Assembly: GCA_029243485.1 (NCBI GenBank)
Contig: JAQWRY010000011.1
Span: forward strand, 77,228 to 141,227
Reading direction: 5' to 3'
DNA from: Candidatus Binatia bacterium
GTDB lineage: Bacteria > Desulfobacterota > Binatia > UBA12015
DNA length: 64,000 bases
This document shows, in pieces, positions 51,744 through 61,959 of the stretch (position 1 is the stretch's first letter; each line of letters begins with the position of its first letter). The notes beneath the pieces were generated by a model, which saw only the letters and a list, made by a program, of their open reading frames with translations, searched no databases and was not told the DNA's origin. The position numbers and the translations under genes are program-made.

Positions 51744-54700
51744 CTACGGAGTGACCATGATGCCGGGCGCCGTCCAACCACCGCCGTCGCCATCGACGAA
51801 GAGCGGGTTGGAGTACGCCAGGGCCGGAACTCCCTCTTCACCAAGATTGCCATCGAGCAGGTCTAGCAGGGTCACGTTCGATCCGACATTCAGATCGAAG
51901 GGCACGACCGGGAACAGAGGGCGAGAGACGCCGTCCGTACCTCGGACGATCGCAACGACCCAAACGTCACCGGTGAGTCCAGCGAGGCTCAACGTCGTCG
52001 TGGCTTCGAGGCGCGACGCGCCCGGGATCGAGCCGTCGACCACCACCGTGGAGATCGCGAAATCCGTTCCGGCGGTATGGATGAAGTCCGGGGCCACTCC
52101 GTAGGCCGCGACGTCGACCGGGTCGACCAATGCGTCACCCGAGTTCACCTGCGTAACCGTGCGCGTCGTCACCGGGTTCACGTAGAACTCGATGGTGTCG
52201 AACTCGGCCCAGATCGGGCTCTGCACGGCAACCGTAATGTCGACCGCCCCGTCGGTGGTCTCGATCTCGAGCGGGAGTCCCAACTCGAGGCCACCCATCT
52301 CGCCGGTCGAAGTCGCGGAACTCGTCACGCGCATCATCGGCGTGTTCGTGCCGATTGCCCGACCGTCGTTGATGTTGCCCGACAGCGTCTCGGCAATCGC
52401 GGAGAGTGCCGCCGGATCGTCCGTCGGCGAGGCGATGAAGGTACGGGGGATGGCCGCCAGGGTCCGCACGACGCGGTGCGTGTCCGAATCGGCGATGGCC
52501 GTCTTGACGATGCCCTGGTTGATCATGTTGAACCAGTCACCCAGGTTGCGGCCGTAGAAGTTACCGAAGATCTGACCGCGACCCGACTCGATCAGGACCT
52601 CGAGCGCGTCGAAGGTATCGGTAAAGTAGTTCGTGATCGTCGGATCGAGGCGCCGCACCGTGCCCGGCACGTTGCTCTGCGGCGGTTCCATGCCGGTGTC
52701 GATCGCGAGGCCCGAGCCACCGAGCGAAAAGTAGCTGTAGATGTGGTTGACCTGGACCGTATCGACGCCCGGATCGGCGTGTGCCGCCGCGACGATCTCG
52801 GCCGGCGTGAGGTTGTAGTTGCCGTACTCCGGGAAGTGCATCCCCGCCGGAGCAGCCCCACCGTGATCGATGCCGCCACCGTTGGGCTGCGACGGATCCC
52901 GCGTGAGCGGCCACGCGTTGAAGTGGCCGTAGTCAAACGTGGTGATCTCCGAGCCCGGCGCGGTGCCGATCAGAGACGACGCACCCAGCGCCGCGATGTC
53001 CGCGCTGAAGTCCTGCACGGACTCGTGGTCGGTCGGAACGAAGAAGTCGGCGCCCTCGGCCAACATCGAGACGATGCGGTCTTCGCGCGGGACCTTGGAA
53101 TCCGGGCTGTCGATCGAGTGGACGTGGAAGTCGCCGGAGACGAAGCCCGTCGTGTCGATGACGTTCGCGATCTGCAGCGCCACCGACGTCGTGGCGCCCC
53201 CCGTGATCGTCACGTCGGCCGAGCCGATCGAATACTCGGTTCCGTGCGAAACGTAGACCCGGTAGTCGCCAGGCTCCACCGTCAGCGGACCGGACAGCCC
53301 GGTCTGATCGACGAAGTGTACGACCGCGACGCCGTGAGGATACGTCGTATCCTGGCCCGGATCGCGGAAGATGCCGGTGACGTTGTTCACCTGGCCGAGA
53401 ATGTTCTGGGTGTTGAGCGGGTCCTTGGAAGAATCGAACCCGACCACTGTCACGCGGGCTGCGATCGGGCTGCTCGTCTCGTCGGTGATCGTGACGTCGA
53501 GCGTCCCCCCAGCGGGGATCGCGACGTTCTGCGAGACCGTCGCATAGGCAACGACGAGGACCGCGTGCTCCATCGGCGCGGGGCCACCGCCCTCGTAGGG
53601 ATGCCCTTCGTACTCTGCGGCGACCGCGTAGCTGCCGGGAGCCACGGCCATCGAGTACTGCCCGGTGGCATCACTGATGGTGTGATTTACGACGTTCTTG
53701 TCCAAGGCACCGAGGGCGGGGCCTTCGGCGACGCTGCCGAGAGCGACGATCTTCACGCCGGCCGTCGGAACTCCAGCGACGGTCGCCGTCCCGGAGATCG
53801 TGCCGCTCGGGAGGAACTGGATCTCGTTTCGTGCCTCGAGGATCGACGACACCGTGCCGTCACCCACGACGAAGTGCTGGTTCAATGTCACCGCATCGCC
53901 CGGGCTGCCCGAAGCGGCAAGGGAATAGTTGGGACCAATCGCACCGATGAGCGCGAGAATCGTCTCCCCGCCGAGAAGCGGCACGGCGACACCGGCGGTC
54001 GCGAAGCTCGACGACCCCGGGATGTTGTGGACGTATCCGTACGAAACGCCGTCGCCGCCCCCGAAGCCGCGGAAGGCCATCAGGTTGCACGGGTTCGGGG
54101 CCGACGCCGGGCAAGACGAGCCGACGAGCGGCTCACCGAGCCCATAGCCCGGCTGGAACGTCTCGATCTCGCCGGACGGCGCGATGTACGCCCCCAGGAA
54201 CAGATCGAGCCCCGTGCCGCCGGTGTTCGTGATGGTCGTGTCGACCCGGACGTAGTTCTCGCCGGGCTGTAGGACATAGTCCGTGACGATTTCGACGGGA
54301 AGATCCGTATCGTCCGCCGCTGAAGGGAACGGGAATCCGAAGTCATTCACGGTCGAACTCGGGTTGGCGAACGTCAGCAAGTCGTCCACACCCGTGGCAC
54401 GGAGCACCGCGGCCTGGCCGTCGCTGCCATCGTTGATGATCGTGAGATCGGTGTAATGCGCGCCGTTCTCGAAGTTCAGACTCGTCGTGAGTTCCTCGAA
54501 CTGGTCGCGGTCCGGATCGAGCCCGGTGCGCACCAGGTCGGCATCGATGATATTGCCGCCGTACTCGCCGACGGCGAGCAAGTTGCGTCCGGGGGCCTGG
54601 ACGACGACCCGGATCTTTCCGTTCGACAGGATGTAGTCGCCCACCAGGCAGCGAGAGAGCGGTCCTTCGATACAGTCCGCCGGATCCGAGATCAGCGCGA

Positions 54701-55490
54701 GGGCCGCGTCTTCGCCGCCGTTCAAGTTGCCGTACTCGGCGATGATCAGCGCGTCAGCACCCTGCTCATGCAAGCCGATCGCGCAGGCCGCGAGACTCGC
54801 CGACGCCGTCACGCCCTCACACGCACCGCCCCAATCCAGACCTAAGACCTGACCCGGAGTGCACGACGCCTGGGTCCTCTGATCCGACTTCATGCGAGTC
54901 AAGTTGAGTTGCCCTTCGGTCTCGTCTTCGCAGTCCGTCGCGGAGGGTAGATTGCGCTTCGCGATGTCGTCCTTGCAGCGACGAAGCAGGTCTTGCCGCC
55001 GGAAAGCGACCTTCTCGGCCTCCTTCGCCGTGTTGAGCTGGCATTTTCGCTGCCCGGACTGGGGTACCATACCCGTGGTCGCGAACACCGTGTCGATCAA
55101 CTCCAGAGCGCGATCCTGATGGCTGTCCGTGAGGCAGGTCGTCAGGTCCGCGAGAGTGCTCGCCCCAAGGCAGTCACCTCCGAAACCGAGCGAGGCGACC
55201 AGCGGGTCGTCGCAACGATTCGCGAGCTTTTCCGAGAGCTTCTGGGCCGACTTCGCGATGGTCGCAGCCGCCTTGGGCTCCAGAGTGCAGTCCGTCCCAG
55301 CCCCGAGGCGCCCCTTCGAGATCTTCGTCTCGCATTTTCGCAGCGCCTTGGTGACATTCTTGAAGAACGTCCTTCCCTGACGGCCGACCTCAGCCTGACA
55401 ACGCCGCTGGTCATACGTCAGGTCAATGGCCCAAGAGGTGGAGGCGAAGAGAAGGAGGGATAGGAAGGTGGCCGAGAAACGCAGCAGCAT
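51744..55490 (-). CDS. Large secreted PHP-like (CehA/McbA-type) metallohydrolase with two N-terminal Cys-rich repeats
   Basis: RBS GAAAGGGA, signal peptide; GGNIIDAD, SGDFHVHSIDSPDS, PTDHE, GHFNAWP, NH, DSDTH, SNPLFVDGDG. Confidence 0.82.
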   Translation of the reverse strand: MLLRFSATFLSLLLFASTSWAIDLTYDQRRCQAEVGRQGRTFFKNVTKALRKCETKISKGRLGAGTDCTLEPKAAATIAKSAQKLSEKLANRCDDPLVASLGFGGDCLGASTLADLTTCLTDSHQDRALELIDTVFATTGMVPQSGQRKCQLNTAKEAEKVAFRRQDLLRRCKDDIAKRNLPSATDCEDETEGQLNLTRMKSDQRTQASCTPGQVLGLDWGGACEGVTASASLAACAIGLHEQGADALIIAEYGNLNGGEDAALALISDPADCIEGPLSRCLVGDYILSNGKIRVVVQAPGRNLLAVGEYGGNIIDADLVRTGLDPDRDQFEELTTSLNFENGAHYTDLTIINDGSDGQAAVLRATGVDDLLTFANPSSTVNDFGFPFPSAADDTDLPVEIVTDYVLQPGENYVRVDTTITNTGGTGLDLFLGAYIAPSGEIETFQPGYGLGEPLVGSSCPASAPNPCNLMAFRGFGGGDGVSYGYVHNIPGSSSFATAGVAVPLLGGETILALIGAIGPNYSLAASGSPGDAVTLNQHFVVGDGTVSSILEARNEIQFLPSGTISGTATVAGVPTAGVKIVALGSVAEGPALGALDKNVVNHTISDATGQYSMAVAPGSYAVAAEYEGHPYEGGGPAPMEHAVLVVAYATVSQNVAIPAGGTLDVTITDETSSPIAARVTVVGFDSSKDPLNTQNILGQVNNVTGIFRDPGQDTTYPHGVAVVHFVDQTGLSGPLTVEPGDYRVYVSHGTEYSIGSADVTITGGATTSVALQIANVIDTTGFVSGDFHVHSIDSPDSKVPREDRIVSMLAEGADFFVPTDHESVQDFSADIAALGASSLIGTAPGSEITTFDYGHFNAWPLTRDPSQPNGGGIDHGGAAPAGMHFPEYGNYNLTPAEIVAAAHADPGVDTVQVNHIYSYFSLGGSGLAIDTGMEPPQSNVPGTVRRLDPTITNYFTDTFDALEVLIESGRGQIFGNFYGRNLGDWFNMINQGIVKTAIADSDTHRVVRTLAAIPRTFIASPTDDPAALSAIAETLSGNINDGRAIGTNTPMMRVTSSATSTGEMGGLELGLPLEIETTDGAVDITVAVQSPIWAEFDTIEFYVNPVTTRTVTQVNSGDALVDPVDVAAYGVAPDFIHTAGTDFAISTVVVDGSIPGASRLEATTTLSLAGLTGDVWVVAIVRGTDGVSRPLFPVVPFDLNVGSNVTLLDLLDGNLGEEGVPALAYSNPLFVDGDGGGWTAPGIMVTP

Positions 55491-55914
55491 GAGGTCCCTT
55501 TCGTGATCGACCGGTAGGTCGGTCGAGGTGTGGCGACGGCTGTATGGAATGCTGGGACCACAATCCAGCGCCAGGACACGACCTGTCAAGCCACTTCCCG
55601 AGGCGCCTCGTGTCCCGCGAGGGGGGCTAGGAGGCTCTAGCACATCCCATATGGCCTCTGCGGGGCTCAGTGTCACGCCGAAAAGCCGATTCACCCCATG
55701 TGGAGCCCTCCCTCGAAGCCGTCCCGGCCCCGCCGGGCAACTCGGCCGTGGAGTCGCTCGTGTTGTCCATCGCCGTGGCCCGCGCCGCCCCTTCGCCCTC
55801 GGCCCCGGGATACGATCCGAATGGATTCTGGCTGCTGGCCTCGTGGAGAGCCGCGACGGCCAAAGCCCTCCCGAAGGAGCTGCACTCCGCACCAGCCGAC
55901 CAGGCCTGCACGTG

Positions 55915-56377
55915 CGGGCTCCTGCAGGACATGGCGATTCCGGTGCTCGCACACGGGGAGGGCGAGAAGTACGCCGCCTGGGTCACCCGCAAAACCGGCT
56001 TCGGGCTGTGGCCCACCGAGTGGCCCCTCGTCGGCCAATTCCTGTTCGCCCTCATCCTGGTTTTCACCGGCGCGAACTCTTACGTGCAACACTCGAACAT
56101 TCGCATGGACACGTTTCCCTACCGTTACGTCTTCGCGACGCCCGAGCTGCACCGACTTCACCATTCAAAGCGGGAGTCTAAGCTCGGCGCCAACTTCGGC
56201 GACGTGTTGATCATGCGGGACCTCGTGTTCGGAACCCGCCTCGAGCCCCGTCCCGGAGATGCGGTCTACGACGTCATCGGATTGCCCGAGATCGACGTTC
56301 CCCAGACGTACGCGAGCCACTTGCGACTTCCCTTCGACTGGAATCGCCTTCACGCCGAAGCGGCCCGCTCTCGATGA
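55915..56377 (+). pseudogene. Collapsed sterol desaturase/fatty acid hydroxylase
   Basis: LWPTEWPLVGQFLFALIL joined to YVQHSNI, TPELHRLHHS, ANFG, DLVFGT; first two His boxes absent. Confidence 0.7.
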
Positions 56378-57828
56378 GCCTCAACGTTCGCTTTTTTCTG
56401 ACGTGCCTGTTTGCGCTCGCCATCGGCTGCACGAGTCCGAGCACGGACGAACCCCCGAGACGCTCCGCAGCCGTGGCCACCACCCGACCAAACGTGCTCC
56501 TCTATCTGATCGACACTCTTCGGAGCGATCGCATCGGGGCGTACGGCTACAAGTACCCGACCACGCCCGCGCTCGATGCACTCTCCGCCGAGAGCTTCGT
56601 CTTCGAGCAGGCTTACGCACCAGGGCCGTGGACACTCCCGTCCGTGGTCTCCCTCATGCTGTCGCAGCCCATGTGTCGACACGGGGTCGTGATCGACGGC
56701 AAGAAGATCGACGCCGAGTCGACGCCGCTCGCCGAGATCCTGAACGACGCGGGCTACGCGACGGCCAGCTTCATCGCGAACTCCTACGCCGGACGGCCCG
56801 CCGGTCTCGAGCGCGGCTTCGAGGTCTACCACGGGCCGATCGACGACCCTGCCCCGCTGGTCGGAGCGTTTCTCGACGAGATCCCCGACCAACCGTTCTT
56901 CGTCTACGTCCACGACGTGCGCCCGCACGACCCCTACGACGTTACCGCCAAAGCGTTGGCACCCTTCGGCCCCATCGACCCGACCGTGCTCAAGCGCATG
57001 AAGAACCGGGCGCTGCGGTATCGACGGCTGACCCGGACCGACCACTCCGCCGGAACCAAGATCGGCTCCACGGACAACACGACCGAACAGACCGAGGCGC
57101 TCGCCCGACTCGACGCCCTCGCCGAGCCCTACGGGCGCGCCTATGATGCGCGCATACGCGAAGCGGACGACCAACTCGCCGCGACACTGAGTGAACTCCG
57201 GCGTCGCGGAAAACTCGAGAATACTCTCGTCCTCGTCGTGTCGGACCACGGCGAGGAACTCGGCGAACACGGGGGCTGGCTCCACGACCATTCGGTGTAC
57301 GACGAAGTCGTACGCGCTCCGCTCGTCTTGCGCCTACCCACCGCAGAGCCCGCCGGACACCGCATCGAGACGCCCGTCAGCCTCCTCGATGTCGCACCCA
57401 CGATCGCCGAACTGACCGGGAGCGCCACCCCGCCGGACGCCTTCGAAGGCAAGAGCCTCGTCCCTCTGCTGACAACGACCCCCTCGACATCCAACGAAGC
57501 CTTCGTCGCGTCGATGCGGATGAACGCGAAGAAATACTACCGCCCGTGGAAGCAACATCGCGGCGATCAAAACCTCGTCGTGCGCGAAGGCCGGTGGAAG
57601 GCAATCTGGAACGTCGAGCCCGACACCCTGGAACTCTACGACCTCGCTCAGGACCCCGGCGAGAAGAACGACCGGAGCGCCGCCGAACCCGAGCGCACCA
57701 TACGCCTGAAGTCATTCGCCCGCAGCTACCTCGAGAAGTGTGAATCGCGCCGAGCGGCTCCGACGGCGGCGGAACCGCTGTCGGCCGAGAACGCCGAGCG
57801 CCTGCGCGCCCTGGGCTACGTCGACTGA
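56374..57828 (+). CDS. Sulfatase-like alkaline-phosphatase-superfamily lipoprotein
   Basis: PNVLLYLIDTLRSD, WTLPS, PHDPY, SDHGEE, ELYDL..DPGE, LRALGYV. Confidence 0.88.
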   Translation: MSLNVRFFLTCLFALAIGCTSPSTDEPPRRSAAVATTRPNVLLYLIDTLRSDRIGAYGYKYPTTPALDALSAESFVFEQAYAPGPWTLPSVVSLMLSQPMCRHGVVIDGKKIDAESTPLAEILNDAGYATASFIANSYAGRPAGLERGFEVYHGPIDDPAPLVGAFLDEIPDQPFFVYVHDVRPHDPYDVTAKALAPFGPIDPTVLKRMKNRALRYRRLTRTDHSAGTKIGSTDNTTEQTEALARLDALAEPYGRAYDARIREADDQLAATLSELRRRGKLENTLVLVVSDHGEELGEHGGWLHDHSVYDEVVRAPLVLRLPTAEPAGHRIETPVSLLDVAPTIAELTGSATPPDAFEGKSLVPLLTTTPSTSNEAFVASMRMNAKKYYRPWKQHRGDQNLVVREGRWKAIWNVEPDTLELYDLAQDPGEKNDRSAAEPERTIRLKSFARSYLEKCESRRAAPTAAEPLSAENAERLRALGYVD

Positions 57829-57968
57829 CGGGCGCCTTCCGTCACGTCGACGGACACACGCCGTCCGCCGCGCAAACGCCTACGGGCGCTCCCCCGCACG
57901 TGCGCGAGCCTCCGCCTGGCCTGACGCCCGCCGTTTGACAGATGGGTGCCGGATACCGAAATGCATGG

Positions 57969-58763
57969 ATGCCGGCCGCCCCAGAACGAACCTCGACTGA
58001 AGTCCGTGTCCAAGTCTCCAGCGGTGTAATGACCGTCACCTTGGCAGACGCGGAGAACCGCAACGCCCTGGGAGCCCGGCTCATCCAGGGCCTCTTCGAC
58101 GCAATCGCAGCCGCAAACGCCGACGACGACGTCCGGGCCGTCGTGATCACCAACGAGGGCTCCACGTTCTGCGCCGGCGCGAACCTGAAGGAGCGCCAGG
58201 GCCAGACCGACTACGATGACCGCGGAGCCAGCTTCGTCGACCTCCTGGAGGCCGTGCAGGCCTCCCCCACCCCGATAATCGGCCGGATCGCCGGCCACGT
58301 GGTGGGGGGCGGGAACGGGCTCGCGTCCTCGCTCGACATCTCGATCGCGTCCGAAGACGTGAAGTTCGGATTCACCGAAGTCCGGCTCGGCGTCGCGCCC
58401 GCCATCATCTCCGTCGTCTGTCTCCCCAAGATGCGCCGGGGCGAGGCCATGGAGGCCTTTCTGCGCGGGAATCGGTTTCCGTCCGCGAAGGCCGCGGAAC
58501 TCGGCCTCATCACGCGGGCCGTTCCCGCCGACAAGTTGGACGCCGCCGTCGACGAGGTCGTCACGGACATCAAGAAGGGCGGCCCGAACGCGCTCGGGTT
58601 TGCGAAACGGCTCGTCTACGACGTGCCCGAGATGGACCAGGCCGCCGCATTCAAATCGACGAGCCGTCTCTCGGCCAAGCTCTTCCGCGGCACAGAAGCC
58701 GCCGAAGGCGTGGCCGCCTTCCTCGGCAAGCGCAAACCGTCCTGGGCCGACGACGGCGACTGA
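57969..58763 (+). CDS. Enoyl-CoA hydratase, methylglutaconyl-CoA hydratase-like
   Basis: FCAGANL, GGGNGL, FTEVRLGVAPAIIS, AFLGKRKPSW. Confidence 0.88.
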   Translation: MPAAPERTSTEVRVQVSSGVMTVTLADAENRNALGARLIQGLFDAIAAANADDDVRAVVITNEGSTFCAGANLKERQGQTDYDDRGASFVDLLEAVQASPTPIIGRIAGHVVGGGNGLASSLDISIASEDVKFGFTEVRLGVAPAIISVVCLPKMRRGEAMEAFLRGNRFPSAKAAELGLITRAVPADKLDAAVDEVVTDIKKGGPNALGFAKRLVYDVPEMDQAAAFKSTSRLSAKLFRGTEAAEGVAAFLGKRKPSWADDGD

Positions 58764-58805
58764 GCCCTCGCCCCACCCACCTCTTTACCCAGAAGGAATC
58801 AAGAC

Positions 58806-59600
58806 ATGCTGCAAGTCGGCCAGGACCTCCGCGACGAGGCGGAGGAGCTGAACACATTCCTCGAAACCCTCGACAAGCGAGATTGGACCCGCGCCACCCC
58901 GTTCAAGAACTGGACGCCGTGGGATGTCGTCGCCCATCTGCACTTCTTCGACGAGGTCTCGCTCCTCTCTCTGAACGACCCCGACGCGTTCGCAACCTGC
59001 CGTGACGATCTCGTTGCCAAAATGGCGAAGGGCATCACCCTTGCCGACGAAGCCAAGCGCGTTCTGGGCGGACTCGATGCCGAGACGCTCCGAACGAAGT
59101 GGATCGAGAGCTGCCGCGAAATGGCGGATGCGCTGGGCGCCTCGGAGCCGAAGCGGCGACTCCCCTGGTTCGGACCGGACATGGGCGTCCCGATGTTCAC
59201 GACCGCGCGCTACATGGAGACGTGGGCGCACGGCCAGGACATCTACGATCTCCTTCATCATCCCCGCGCGCAGACCGACCGCATCAAGCACATCGCGGTG
59301 ATCGGCATGAAGACCTTCGGCTGGACCTTCGTGAACCGCGGCGAAGAGATCCCCGGCCCGCCGCCGTACGTCCGGATCGATTCGCCCTCGGGTGGCGTGT
59401 GGGAATGGGGCGACCCCAGCGACGAAGAGTACGTCCGCGGAAGCGCCGTCGAATTCTGCCACGTCGTGACGCAGGGGCGTAATGTGGCCGACACGTCCCT
59501 TGCTGTGAAGGGCCCCGTCGCGACCTACTGGATGTCGATCGCGCAGTGCTTTGCCGGCGCGGCGGTCGACCCGCCGAAGCCCGGCGAACGCCTCGGCTGA
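58806..59600 (+). CDS. TIGR03084-type MDMPI/DinB-superfamily metal-binding protein
   Basis: WTPWDVVAHL, TARYMETWAHGQD, VTQGRN, IAQCFAG. Confidence 0.85.
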   Translation: MLQVGQDLRDEAEELNTFLETLDKRDWTRATPFKNWTPWDVVAHLHFFDEVSLLSLNDPDAFATCRDDLVAKMAKGITLADEAKRVLGGLDAETLRTKWIESCREMADALGASEPKRRLPWFGPDMGVPMFTTARYMETWAHGQDIYDLLHHPRAQTDRIKHIAVIGMKTFGWTFVNRGEEIPGPPPYVRIDSPSGGVWEWGDPSDEEYVRGSAVEFCHVVTQGRNVADTSLAVKGPVATYWMSIAQCFAGAAVDPPKPGERLG

Positions 59601-59640
59601 TCCCCGTCCCCGGACCACACGGACATCGAACGGAGCCCCC

Positions 59641-60846
59641 ATGGATCTGGAATACGGAGAGCGGTACGAGGCGTTCCGGCGTCAGATTGTCGCCTTCTTG
59701 TGGCAGTACAGGTCGAAGCGTCCGCCCGGCCACATCTACGACATGCCCCGTGCGGAGCTGTCGGGGTGGTTGGAGCTTCTCATCGAGCACGGCTACTGGG
59801 CGCGAACGATCCCCAAAGAGTACGGCGGCTTCGGCGCCGCGCCGGACCTCCTCGAAACGGTGATCATGGACGAGGAGTTCAACCGGGCGGGCGTCGCGCG
59901 GGGCATGATGGCGCAGGGGCCGTCAATGCTCGTGCCAACGCTACTCGAGCACGGCAGCGAAGAGCAGAAGCGCACCTGGATCAAACCCACGATGCGGGCC
60001 GAATTCCTCTGGTGCCAGGGCTACTCCGAGCCGGGCGCCGGTAGTGATCTCGCGAGCCTTCAGACGCGGGCGACCGAAGACGGCGACGACTTCTTGATCA
60101 ACGGGCAGAAGATCTGGACGAGCAGCGCCGACAAGGCCGAGATGATGTTCATCCTGGTGCGCACCGAGCCGGACGCCCCCAAGCACGGCGGCATCAGCTA
60201 CGTCCTGCTGCCCATGGACACACCCGGGATCGACGTGCAGCCGCTGCGCACGATGTCGGGTGATCTCGGCGAAAACTCGTTCAACCAGGTGTTCTTCACC
60301 GATGTGCGCGTCCCACGCACCAACGTCGTCGGGCAACGAGGCAACGGCTGGGCGATCGCAAACGCGACGCTCGTGCACGAGCGCAACAGCCTGAACGCGA
60401 ACGCCGAGAGCACCCTCCTACGGCTCATTCGCCTGATGAAGAACGAAACCGTCAACGGCGTACCCGCAATCGCGAGCCCCGTGTTCCGGGATCGCCTGAT
60501 GCGGCTGCAAGGCCGCGTGCTGGCGATGAAGGCTCACTCGATGCGGGTCCTGACCAACAACCTGAAGGGCGAGCCTCCCGGACTCACCGGGTTCGTCGTG
60601 AAGCTCCAGAACTGCCAGCTCAACTTCGACGTCGCTTCGCTCGCAATTGACGTCATGGGCGAGCTTGGTGTGCTGTACGACCACTCGAAGTACGAACGGG
60701 AGCACGCCTTCTGGCAGACGCACTCCTTCCTGTCTCTCGGGTTCATCATCGGCGGCGGCACCGCCCAGATCCAGAAGAACATCATCGCCGAGCGCGGGCT
60801 CGGCCTACCTCGCGAGCCCAAGCCCGCGAAGACAGCGGGAGCCTAG
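59641..60846 (+). CDS. Acyl-CoA dehydrogenase, likely catalytic subunit of a heteromeric pair
   Basis: WCQGYSEPGAGSDLASL, NGQKIWTS, LVHER, GGTAQIQKNII. Confidence 0.92.
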   Translation: MDLEYGERYEAFRRQIVAFLWQYRSKRPPGHIYDMPRAELSGWLELLIEHGYWARTIPKEYGGFGAAPDLLETVIMDEEFNRAGVARGMMAQGPSMLVPTLLEHGSEEQKRTWIKPTMRAEFLWCQGYSEPGAGSDLASLQTRATEDGDDFLINGQKIWTSSADKAEMMFILVRTEPDAPKHGGISYVLLPMDTPGIDVQPLRTMSGDLGENSFNQVFFTDVRVPRTNVVGQRGNGWAIANATLVHERNSLNANAESTLLRLIRLMKNETVNGVPAIASPVFRDRLMRLQGRVLAMKAHSMRVLTNNLKGEPPGLTGFVVKLQNCQLNFDVASLAIDVMGELGVLYDHSKYEREHAFWQTHSFLSLGFIIGGGTAQIQKNIIAERGLGLPREPKPAKTAGA

Positions 60847-60848
60847 TC

Positions 60849-61937
60849 GTGGATTTTGGCCTCTCTGAAGATCAAAAGCTCCTCGAGAGGAGCCTTCGCG
60901 GATATCTCGGCGACCGGGTACCGATCACCCGCGTACGCGAGCTTCGCAGTCTCGATTGCCCGAACGAACGAACCATCTGGAAGGACCTGGCCGATCTGGG
61001 CGCCACCGGCATCCTCATCTCGGAAGCCCGGGGCGGGAGCGGTCTCGGACTCCTCGATGCGGCCCTCGTCGCGCAGTCTCTGGGCTACGCCGCGACGCCC
61101 GCCCCGTTTCTCTCGTCCGGAGTCATGGCACCGCATGCACTGGGCGCGCTCGACGCCGGGCCGGTCGACGGATGGCTGCGGGCCATGGCGACCGGAGATC
61201 TCGTCGTAGGCGTGGCGGTGACCGAGACGTTCTCGGTGCGCGAGGACGCGGGGATCGAGCTCGACGGTGACGTCCTGCGCGGGAAGGCGATGATCGCGCT
61301 CGACGCACACGGCGCGGATCTCACCCTCGTCGCGCTCGGTCGAGACCGGATCGCAGCCGTCCGCAGCGACGCGAGCGGACTCACTACGAGCCGGCTCCCG
61401 ACGACGGACCAGACCCGCTGCACCTCCGAGTTGATCTTCGACGGCGTCCGCCCCGAAGCCGTGTTCGATCACGCCGGCGAGGCGCTCTCGCGCATGATCG
61501 ACGCCGGACGCATCGCGCTCGCAGCGGACACCATCGGCGCGTGCGAGTCGATGATCGAACAGGCCGTTGCCTACGCGAAGCAACGCAAACAGTTCGGCCG
61601 CATCATCGGTTCGTTCCAGGCCGTGAAGCACATGTGCGCGGAGATGGTCGCGGACCTCGAGCCGGCGCGCTCACTGATGTGGCAGGCCGCGCACAGCTTC
61701 GACACGAAGCCCGATGACGCGCCGCTCATGGGATGCCACGTGCTCGCGCACGCTTCCGAGATCGGCCGAGAGATCGCGAGCATCTCCACGCAGGTCCATG
61801 GCGGTACAGGCTGGACCGACGAGCAGAACCTCCACTTCTGGTTCAAACGCATCGGAGTGGCGCGTCACCTCCTCGGCGGCCCGGAGTACCTCCGCGAACG
61901 AGCGGCCTCCCTGCAAGAACTGGACGTCAGCGCCTGA
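60849..61937 (+). CDS. Acyl-CoA dehydrogenase partner subunit
   Basis: DQTR, YAKQRKQFGRIIGSFQAVKH, QVHGG; degenerate N-terminal FAD motifs. Confidence 0.88.
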   Translation: MDFGLSEDQKLLERSLRGYLGDRVPITRVRELRSLDCPNERTIWKDLADLGATGILISEARGGSGLGLLDAALVAQSLGYAATPAPFLSSGVMAPHALGALDAGPVDGWLRAMATGDLVVGVAVTETFSVREDAGIELDGDVLRGKAMIALDAHGADLTLVALGRDRIAAVRSDASGLTTSRLPTTDQTRCTSELIFDGVRPEAVFDHAGEALSRMIDAGRIALAADTIGACESMIEQAVAYAKQRKQFGRIIGSFQAVKHMCAEMVADLEPARSLMWQAAHSFDTKPDDAPLMGCHVLAHASEIGREIASISTQVHGGTGWTDEQNLHFWFKRIGVARHLLGGPEYLRERAASLQELDVSA

Positions 61938-61959
61938 ACCCGGACCCCCCGAAGGAGCG

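Noticed and set aside
57850..57960. Resemblance to a c-di-GMP-I riboswitch (GCAAAC, GAGCCTCCG)
   Set aside because: No GNRA-capped stem or convincing pairing; better read as a promoter region with TTGACA; an Infernal/Rfam scan would settle it
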